A stretch of DNA of 32,466 nt from a virus (Duplodnaviria; Caudoviricetes). Location of the stretch: positions 1 to 32,466 of IMG/VR virus record IMGVR_UViG_3300012943_000022, one strand, 5' to 3'. Under the pieces are notes generated by a model, which made no database searches, was not told where the DNA came from, and saw only the letters and a program-made list of their open reading frames with translations. Shown in pieces: positions 26,422 to 32,466 of the stretch. The position numbers and the translations under genes are program-made. Positions within the stretch are counted from its first letter, which is position 1. Every line of letters begins with the position of its first letter.

Positions 26422-27746
26422 GCCGAGGGCCTCGCGACCCTCGTGGTGCTGGCGGAGTTCTGGGCCACGACCTCATCCACCTTCGCGTTCGCGTCCGCCT
26501 CGGACATGCCCAACTCGCGGTAGTAGTCCTGGCGCGAGCCGAGGTTCATGCTGATGCGCTTGATGTGCATCTCGTCGAACGAGGCCCTGTCCGCCGGGTT
26601 CTGCGGCTTGCCGTCGAGCGAGAGCGCGATGGTCGTAGGGCCCGAGATCTGGGACACGAGTTCGAGGGCCCCGTTCAGGGCCGCCTGCATCGCGTTCTGG
26701 ATGCCCTCGAGGGACGCGGTCTCGGCGGAACTGCGGATGGCGAGGGCCTCGGCGCTCTCCACGCCGGACTTGTTCGTCAGCAGGCGCGAGCCCGCGGCGT
26801 AGATGCGCTCCTCGATGTTCTTGAGTTCGGACTGGATGATGGACGCGCCGGACCCGCCGACCTCGACGTACGAGAGTTCCGCGTCCTGCTCGATGTGGCT
26901 GATGTTCTTGGTGGATCCGACATAGACGTGGCCCGTCTCCGTCTCCCCCGAGGTGTTCGTCGATGAGTACATCGCGCCCTTGAGGGTGAGGGTCGGCAGG
27001 GCCATGAAGTGCTCGTAGTGCGCGAGGTCGCACGACATGCGGAAGTGCTGGATGTTGAGTTGCGCCTGGGTCAGGAGCGGCGGGGCGAAGGCCTCCCACG
27101 TGTCGTCGAACGGGTTGCACGGGAAGATCGGCAGGCGCACGAGGGGCTCGCCGCGCACGACCAACTGCGGCAGTTCCACGGAGACCCAGTCGGACTTCTT
27201 GGTGGCCCTGGACCACTCGCGGACCCTGTACTGGCCCTCCTCGTCGAGGTAGTGCTCCGTGAAGATGGACTGGCACAGCATCTCGAAGAAGTTGTCGGGG
27301 TTCCTGTACTCGCGCACGTCGTGGAAGACCACGCGGTCGTCGGACCAGTTGATGCAGTCGTCGGCGGAATAGACCACCAACTTGCCCTTGCCCCCGTCGC
27401 CGAGGCCCACCACGAAGATGGCCCGGCTCGTCAGGAGCACGTTCTTGTATGATATGTTGAGGAAGGCGCCGACGTCGGAGAACTCGGTCTCGAACTCGCC
27501 CGTGACCACCGGGTCCGCCGCGGATAGGGTGCCGACGAGCGCGCTGAGGGTGGGGGCCACCACGTTGTTGTAGCCGGTCCTCGTGAGGTAGGCCTGGCGC
27601 TCCATCTCGGTCTGGCCGTCCAACCTCTCGACGTAGTCGAACACGTCCCCCGAGTACGCGTCCCTGGTGTTCTTGCTGCGGGCCACGATGGCCTCGTAGT
27701 CCCTGTGGGCCGTGCCCGGGTTCAACTTGCTGGATGGCTTCGCCAT
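26418..27746 (-). CDS. Portal protein (DUF4055-like)
   Basis: 442 aa; AYLTRTGYNN, YSADDCINW, PPLLTQAQLNIQHF, VESAEALAIR; located upstream of scaffold and capsid. Confidence 0.85.
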   Translation of the reverse strand: MAKPSSKLNPGTAHRDYEAIVARSKNTRDAYSGDVFDYVERLDGQTEMERQAYLTRTGYNNVVAPTLSALVGTLSAADPVVTGEFETEFSDVGAFLNISYKNVLLTSRAIFVVGLGDGGKGKLVVYSADDCINWSDDRVVFHDVREYRNPDNFFEMLCQSIFTEHYLDEEGQYRVREWSRATKKSDWVSVELPQLVVRGEPLVRLPIFPCNPFDDTWEAFAPPLLTQAQLNIQHFRMSCDLAHYEHFMALPTLTLKGAMYSSTNTSGETETGHVYVGSTKNISHIEQDAELSYVEVGGSGASIIQSELKNIEERIYAAGSRLLTNKSGVESAEALAIRSSAETASLEGIQNAMQAALNGALELVSQISGPTTIALSLDGKPQNPADRASFDEMHIKRISMNLGSRQDYYRELGMSEADANAKVDEVVAQNSASTTRVARPSA

Positions 27747-27752
27747 GGTGCT

Positions 27753-28220
27753 TTACTTCCTACCTCTGGTGGATTTGGATCCCCTCTGGGGATCCTTGCT
27801 GATTGTATTTATGCCCGGGTTGATGTTGATCTGGCCCACCAGGTGCTCCAGGTGGTAGGCGAAGGTCTCCTGGTTCTTGTAGGAGGTGGGCACGGACGCG
27901 TAGTTGAACACGTGGAACACGGCGTGCGTGAGTTCGTGGATCAGGCACCCCAGGTCCGCGCGGTCCAGCCACACGAGCACGGCCCCGTCTATGCCTATCG
28001 TGTATCCCCTGGAGGTGCTGCTGATCTTCGCGATGTCGTCGGCGAACTGGGCCACGGTCTCCGGCCCCAGTCCGTGCTGGTCCCTGAGTTCCGGGAGGCC
28101 GTCGATCGCCTCCCTCGGCGTGCAGTCGAAGGTGAGATACACGGAGCCGGGCAGGGCCCCCATGTCGAGCCGCTGGTACCGCGGGTAGTCCTGCTTAGGT
28201 TGCCTCTTCGACGATCTCAT
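27753..28220 (-). CDS. HExxH metallopeptidase-like protein
   Basis: LIHELTHAVFHV...QETFAY; likely start at ATG 28220. Confidence 0.65.
   Translation of the reverse strand: MRSSKRQPKQDYPRYQRLDMGALPGSVYLTFDCTPREAIDGLPELRDQHGLGPETVAQFADDIAKISSTSRGYTIGIDGAVLVWLDRADLGCLIHELTHAVFHVFNYASVPTSYKNQETFAYHLEHLVGQININPGINTISKDPQRGSKSTRGRK
27806..27811 (-). promoter_or_regulatory. TAAATA promoter core (intragenic) for the portal gene
   Basis: cATAAATAc, 60 nt upstream of ATG 27746; followed by the hairpin GGATCCCC/GGGGATCC (27777-27795). Confidence 0.6.
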
Positions 28221-28446
28221 CGTGCATCCTCCTGGCCCAGCGCCACCGCCACATGCCGTCGTCGCCCTTGTAGGAGAGCACGCAGTAGTCCGCGCCGGGG
28301 ACGAGCGCATCCACCGGGAAACTGCCGGGCTCGAGGAAGGCCGTGGTGTGCTGGCCCGTGTCGAGCCACGCGAACTTCACGAAGTGGGGCCTCACCTGGA
28401 CCACCCGTATGGCGCACGTCTTCTTGTAGATGTGGTCGTAGTCCAT
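28195..28446 (-). CDS. Hypothetical protein
   Basis: AGGAG RBS and its own TAAATA. Confidence 0.65.
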   Translation of the reverse strand: MDYDHIYKKTCAIRVVQVRPHFVKFAWLDTGQHTTAFLEPGSFPVDALVPGADYCVLSYKGDDGMWRWRWARRMHDEIVEEAT

Positions 28447-28447
28447 G

Positions 28448-29032
28448 TCAATCTCCTATGGTGGTATTTACGCCATGGACGTGGATGCGGAGGTCCGGAG
28501 GGCGGACCGCGAGCAGGTTGATGAACGCTGATCGCCAGCGCTCCATCAGTTCCACGCCCTTGGAGGGCTCGTGCGCCTTGCCCTCGGGGTAGTGCCTCCC
28601 GTATGACGTATTACGCTCAGAGAGGTGGTCGAAGCCGAGCAGGTGGATCTCCCTGTGGCCCAGCAGGTAGGCGAGGTTGATCGCGGCGTACCCGGAGTTG
28701 TGTCCGGTGAATAGGTGGCCCTCCGTCAAACTGAACCCCAGGTCCCCGTCGAACTGCCACGCCTCGAAGTTGGGCCACGGCGGGTCCATGATCGGTGGCT
28801 CGAACTGCCACCTGTGGTAGGTCCCGTGGATCACGCGTACGCCTGCGATGCACGCCATCTGGCCGTGCGTGGAGAGCCACGCCGCATCAGACGTGTAGCA
28901 CAGGTGCGAGCGAGCAGATGGTGGCACGCGACGCCAGGAGCCGTTTATGGAGACCACGTCGCGTCCGGAGAGGGTGGCCCAGTCGAACTCGGCCAGGGAC
29001 GATCCCCCGCCGACGATCCAGCAATCAGACAT
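28448..29032 (-). CDS. MptE-like / Maf (DUF115) nucleotide-sugar transferase-like protein
   Basis: CWIVGGGSSL...VVSIN...NSGYAAINLAYLLGHREIHLLGFD. Confidence 0.72.
   Translation of the reverse strand: MSDCWIVGGGSSLAEFDWATLSGRDVVSINGSWRRVPPSARSHLCYTSDAAWLSTHGQMACIAGVRVIHGTYHRWQFEPPIMDPPWPNFEAWQFDGDLGFSLTEGHLFTGHNSGYAAINLAYLLGHREIHLLGFDHLSERNTSYGRHYPEGKAHEPSKGVELMERWRSAFINLLAVRPPDLRIHVHGVNTTIGD
28465..28470 (-). promoter_or_regulatory. TAAATA promoter core upstream of 28195-28446
   Basis: cGTAAATAc. Confidence 0.55.
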
Positions 29033-29255
29033 CGCGCAGGGCCGATCTCGCGGCGCGCCTGCGCTCGGACGCGGCCCTCTGTATCTCCCGGACCCGCTCC
29101 GGGTTGGCCTGCTGCCACGCCTTGGCCCCGGCGAGGATCCTCGCCCTGCGGTCCGGGTCGGCGGCGTAGCGCTCCCTCAGTTTGGCGAGGTGCGCCTCCC
29201 TGTTCCTTACGTACCACTCGCGATCGCTGGCGCGCTTTCTCTCGGACTTTGTCAT
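29025..29255 (-). CDS. Small basic helical protein (resembles the N-terminal arm of HNH nucleases)
   Basis: GGAG RBS, ATG 29255; WYVRNRE...RYAADPD...WQQANPERV periodicity. Confidence 0.6.
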   Translation of the reverse strand: MTKSERKRASDREWYVRNREAHLAKLRERYAADPDRRARILAGAKAWQQANPERVREIQRAASERRRAARSALRDV

Positions 29256-29277
29256 GTGATCTCTCCCGGTTTGCGTG

Positions 29278-29283
29278 TATTTA
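29278..29283 (-). promoter_or_regulatory. TAAATA promoter core heading the leftward structural arm
   Basis: aATAAATAc, 23 nt upstream of ATG 29255. Confidence 0.65.
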
Positions 29284-29303
29284 TTGGGCCACAACGACAG
29301 AAG

Positions 29304-29400
29304 GCGCGCGCCAGTAGAAGTCGGTATTAGGGCCTGTGCCGACCCATCTCTCCCTTCTTGATTGTCTTTCTCTAACATAGCAACTTCTACTGGCGCGCGC
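29304..29400. repeat. Perfect 18-bp inverted repeat (imperfectly extendable) in the largest non-coding region; candidate origin element
   Basis: GCGCGCGCCAGTAGAAGT (29304-29321) / ACTTCTACTGGCGCGCGC (29383-29400). Confidence 0.85.
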
Positions 29401-29670
29401 ACCTTCGTCGAGCGAGGCGAAGCCGAGCGATGACCTGATCGAGCGGAGCGAGATCACTCGTCGATGCGCGAGCGGTCGTGGCCCAGTTGATCGACGGGCT
29501 TCGCCCTGGCTGCCGGAGCAGCCCGCTCAACTCGACCCGACGTCGTTCGGCGAGATCGATGGTTCAGGACAAGCAGGACCGAGGCAGATCGCCGTCCTTG
29601 CTAAGCGCTGCTGAACGACTTCGGGGAAAGAAAGTGGCCCAAAATATGTCGAAAAGATTTGGAACGCGAC

Positions 29671-29676
29671 TAAATA
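29671..29676 (+). promoter_or_regulatory. TAAATA promoter core heading the rightward cluster
   Basis: aCTAAATAg on the plus strand, upstream of 29832. Confidence 0.6.
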
Positions 29677-29705
29677 GATGTGTCATCTCGAAGACCCCAC
29701 GGGTC

Positions 29706-29824
29706 CTCCGATGTGATTGTTCGCTTCTTCTTGTCTGGGCTCATCACCCCCGGGGTCTGCTGATTACAGACCCCGGTAAGACATGGGAGCGTCCAGAGAA
29801 GAACAACAAGAACATATCTCGGAG
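29706..29824 (+). promoter_or_regulatory. Long imperfect leader hairpin covering the RBS of 29832
   Basis: Apex CCGGGGTCTG/CAGACCCCGG (29750-29776); base CTCCGA/TCGGAG; pyrimidine-rich and purine-rich arms between them. Confidence 0.55.
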
Positions 29825-29831
29825 TTAGAAG

Positions 29832-30335
29832 ATGAAGAACAAGTCCAGATCCGGCCGGAGGCCCTCCGGGAACAAACTCAAGTTGAGGCGCGTGGTCCAG
29901 TCGGAGGCCAACGTCGCCGTGTTCGCCAAGGCCATCGGCATCGCATACGCCCTGCACGCCGCGTCCAGGCCCAACAGCCGCATAAGGCACTCAATCACCA
30001 AGTCGTACCTCGCCTGCGGGGCGAACAGCGACGGCCGCAAGGCCCTCGTCAGGCAGGCGCACGCCGTCTTCTTCGACAGGGTGCGCGTCGGCAACGAGAG
30101 GGTGGGCTGCAGCACGTACCGCGTCAGGCGCGCCGTCGAGCCCAGCACCGTCGTGCGCGCGATGGCGATGCGCGTGGTGGATGCCAACAGCAAATTCACG
30201 GACCAGGGGGTGCAGTTCATCAGGACGCGTGGCACAACCGTGGTGAGGTACGAGTACTCGTTCGACGTCCCCAAAGAGGTGGCCCTGGGGATCGAGCGCA
30301 TCATAAATGACGGGCCGCAGGGGAGCAGATCATGA
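29832..30335 (+). CDS. Basic hypothetical protein
   Basis: GGAG RBS; ATGA overlap with the next gene. Confidence 0.7.
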   Translation: MKNKSRSGRRPSGNKLKLRRVVQSEANVAVFAKAIGIAYALHAASRPNSRIRHSITKSYLACGANSDGRKALVRQAHAVFFDRVRVGNERVGCSTYRVRRAVEPSTVVRAMAMRVVDANSKFTDQGVQFIRTRGTTVVRYEYSFDVPKEVALGIERIINDGPQGSRS

Positions 30336-30739
30336 TAACTACTGAGCAGTGGGACCTGAAGAACCGGGGTGGCTACACGCTGGGCCAGTGCCTTGGGACG
30401 ACGATAGACAAGATCCGCAAGGGCGCGTACGGGTGGTCCCTCGAGACCATGCACGCGCGCCTGGCGTGGGACTTCGGCGAGGGGTCCTTCGGGATCTCGG
30501 TCGAGGACCTGTACGAGGAGGCCGCGTCCAGGGACGACGGCTTCGTGAGGGTCGGCGGCGAGTACTACTGGAACGCGGACCCGAGGACCAAGGCGCGCCT
30601 CGAGGAGCGGGAGAACCTCTCCGCGGCCTACCGCGCCGCCACGAACCTGTTCGGCGTCCCGATCGACAACGTGGCCATGCTCGCGGCGGTGCTCGCGATC
30701 GAGGCGCGCAGGAAGTTGGAACGGGATCACGGCGGCTGA
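30332..30739 (+). CDS. Hypothetical protein
   Basis: Coupled start; codon usage matches the rest of the genome. Confidence 0.7.
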   Translation: MITTEQWDLKNRGGYTLGQCLGTTIDKIRKGAYGWSLETMHARLAWDFGEGSFGISVEDLYEEAASRDDGFVRVGGEYYWNADPRTKARLEERENLSAAYRAATNLFGVPIDNVAMLAAVLAIEARRKLERDHGG

Positions 30740-30740
30740 A

Positions 30741-30746
30741 TAAATA
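30741..30746 (+). promoter_or_regulatory. TAAATA promoter core upstream of 30792
   Basis: aATAAATAa, intergenic. Confidence 0.6.
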
Positions 30747-30791
30747 ACAACATGCGCGAGAGCGCGATTAGAAGACAATAGGAGAACGGAA

Positions 30792-31457
30792 ATGAGCAAG
30801 TTATCGAACGCATGCGCGGCCCTTAGGGCCGCCTACGACGCGCTCCCGCACGGGGCGAAGTCATTCACGCTGGCGCAGTGGAAGGGATGGACGGGGATGG
30901 ACCCGGAGAACAACGGGAGCGCCAGCAAGTTGTTCAACATCACCACCGAGGCGATAGACGACGTGGATGCGCGCAGGGACGGCAGGTTCCTGCCGAACAC
31001 CACGCACCTCGCCCGCATCTCGCACCGCAGGGACCTTGACGCGATCCAGCCCAAGGCATACACGTACAGGAAGCGGAAGAAGGGCCGGAAGACCCGCGGA
31101 TCGCGCATGGCTGACATCGCTCAGAGGGTGGCCAAGTCCGTCGCGAGGCAGGACCGCGAACTCCTGTTGCCGAAGGTGGCCGGGAGCGTGCTCTCCTACG
31201 ACCAACCCGAGGTAAAGGCAGAGATCAAGGTCGGCGCCGTCGCCACCCCAGCAGAGGCGGCGCATGTCACGGACATGGTGCGCGAGATTGTGAGGAGCCA
31301 CTCGGCGCCGAACTCCTACGCCAGGCGCATAGCAGACCTGGAGGAGAGGTACGAGGAACTGCTCGACGTGTGCATCAAGTTGAAGTTGCGCGTGCTCGAG
31401 GGCGAGGAGCGGATGCGCAACGCGACGAAGTACCTGTCCGGGGAGGTGCTAAAGTGA
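30792..31457 (+). CDS. Hypothetical protein with basic patch and C-terminal coiled coil
   Basis: AGGAG RBS; YRKRKKGRK patch. Confidence 0.75.
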   Translation: MSKLSNACAALRAAYDALPHGAKSFTLAQWKGWTGMDPENNGSASKLFNITTEAIDDVDARRDGRFLPNTTHLARISHRRDLDAIQPKAYTYRKRKKGRKTRGSRMADIAQRVAKSVARQDRELLLPKVAGSVLSYDQPEVKAEIKVGAVATPAEAAHVTDMVREIVRSHSAPNSYARRIADLEERYEELLDVCIKLKLRVLEGEERMRNATKYLSGEVLK

Positions 31458-31945
31458 TCCCCGAGATCAGGTACAGGGACGAGTTGGGGGCGATCTCCTG
31501 CGGAGGCCTATTCGAGACCTTCAAGTACGAGTTCGACATGACCGAGGAGGAGGACCGGGAGGTGGTCCTCTCGAGGTACAAGGCCATCCTCACTCAGAAG
31601 TTGAAGGACCTGGTGCGCCTCCCTGCCGCGCTTAGGCCCCAGGCCGGATCCGCCATCGCGGAATGCAAGGAGAGGATCCTGGCCTACGCCAGCAAGCCAT
31701 CCACACACGAGGATCGCCTGGACCTCCTCGAGGCGCAGGCGATGTCGCTGCACGAGTTCGACGGGACCGTGATCCAGTTCATGACCGAGGTCAGGCGGGA
31801 GATCCAGCGGCTGGAGCAGGTGTGCCTCGAGATCATCAAGTTGCAATTCCCGCCATCAACGAGGCACACAAACGAGATCGCCCTATTCAACGAGGCGGGG
31901 GACATCATACTGTCCAACGACAAGTACAAGGAAAGGCACCCATGA
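31454..31945 (+). CDS. Hypothetical helical protein
   Basis: GGAGG RBS and GTGA overlap at 31454. Confidence 0.7.
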   Translation: MIPEIRYRDELGAISCGGLFETFKYEFDMTEEEDREVVLSRYKAILTQKLKDLVRLPAALRPQAGSAIAECKERILAYASKPSTHEDRLDLLEAQAMSLHEFDGTVIQFMTEVRREIQRLEQVCLEIIKLQFPPSTRHTNEIALFNEAGDIILSNDKYKERHP

Positions 31946-32157
31946 AGCGCGTTCGCGTCCCTACGGCTGAGATCGCAGAGCGCCTTGCGAAGCAGGAGCG
32001 CATCAACGCGGCCATCCTGAGGTCCCTGGGTGCGGCCCAGGGGCTCGCCCTGCCGATGTTCCTGTGCGACACGGACGGGAGCATCCTGATGTACCTGGAC
32101 CGCGACGGGGAGCCAGGACTGAGCCCTACCAACGTAATATCGACCAAGAGGCAATAA
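31942..32157 (+). CDS. Hypothetical protein
   Basis: ATGA overlap (MKRVRVPT...). Confidence 0.6.
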   Translation: MKRVRVPTAEIAERLAKQERINAAILRSLGAAQGLALPMFLCDTDGSILMYLDRDGEPGLSPTNVISTKRQ

Positions 32158-32158
32158 C

Positions 32159-32347
32159 ATGATCGACTTTGACGACGGATCCAGGTCCGACAACTCCGGC
32201 TTCGACGTGGATTTCGCCAGGCGCGCGGGGGTGCAGGCCAAGCGGTACCCCCACATCGACGCGGCCGTCAGGCGAGCCATCCAGGAGGACGTGTGGCGGC
32301 AGATCAGGGAACTCGAGGCGAAGAGGGATGCGGTTCGTCCTGACTGA
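32159..32347 (+). CDS. Hypothetical protein
   Basis: GAGG RBS; ends just before the HNH start across the circular junction. Confidence 0.6.
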   Translation: MIDFDDGSRSDNSGFDVDFARRAGVQAKRYPHIDAAVRRAIQEDVWRQIRELEAKRDAVRPD

Positions 32348-32466
32348 GGACATGATCGACGACCCCCTCATCAAGAGGAGGAAGGAGATCTCCACCAAGC
32401 AGAAGGGCCGCCTCCTATCGCTGCTGATGGAGCGCTCCGGCGGGGCCTGCCACTACTGCGACAGGC
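32344..32466. repeat. Terminal direct repeat, right copy; contains the duplicated 5' part of the HNH gene
   Basis: Identical to 1-123. The ORF at 32159-32347 runs into it and the HNH gene restarts at 32352. Confidence 0.97.

Larger units (their letters stand above)
1..32343. mobile_element. Complete siphovirus-type bacteriophage genome (possible helper-dependent satellite phage)
   Basis: Circular overlap; terminase, portal, capsid, tail and lysis genes; no bacterial housekeeping genes. Confidence 0.93.

Noticed and set aside
29284-29830. tRNA or known riboswitch in the large non-coding region; ORFs 29478-29828 + and 29670-29990 -
   Set aside because: No cloverleaf or T-loop consensus seen; the ORFs have atypical composition and no convincing RBS.
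30304-30309. Near-matches to the promoter motif (TAAATG at 30304; TAAATG/TAAATC on the minus strand near 10670, 11282 and 25377)
   Set aside because: They lack the final A and were not counted among the 18 sites.
1-32343. Stop-codon reassignment
   Set aside because: Genes tile the genome densely under the standard code, with no fragmented conserved genes.
32344-32466. 123-bp terminal repeat as a biological direct terminal repeat
   Set aside because: It starts and ends at arbitrary points within coding sequence and has k-mer-like length. It is most simply an assembler overlap; read data are needed to define the real termini.

Overview
The window is a complete, circularly assembled genome of a small lambda-like siphophage: bases 1-123 recur at 32344-32466, giving a 32,343-bp unit of roughly 64% GC (judged by eye). 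It encodes a full virion set on the minus strand: terminase subunits, portal, scaffold, capsid, head-tail joining proteins, tail tube, chaperones, tape measure, lambda M/L/K/I/J-like tip proteins and a 20-aa-repeat filament-like module. It also has a Gram-negative lysis cassette (M15 endolysin, holin-like proteins, i- and o-spanin) and two small plus-strand clusters of mostly unknown genes, including a TrmH/SpoU methyltransferase and an HNH nuclease. I recognise no DNA polymerase, helicase, primase, SSB, recombinase, integrase, sigma factor or RNA polymerase. The most striking signal is 18 copies of the hexamer TAAATA, the core of the T4-superfamily gp55 late promoter, all co-oriented with and upstream of genes, although no gp55/gp33/gp45 homologue is visible. 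My leading hypothesis (inference) is a 'virophage-like' satellite phage that builds its own particle but borrows transcription, and probably replication, from a T4-like helper. Other signals are a hairpin-rich candidate origin at about 29.3-29.7 kb, a G14 tract in an HTH gene, a +1/-2 (not -1) tail-chaperone frameshift candidate, and strong depletion of AGCT and GANTC. All family assignments come from motif recognition by eye, with no database searches.
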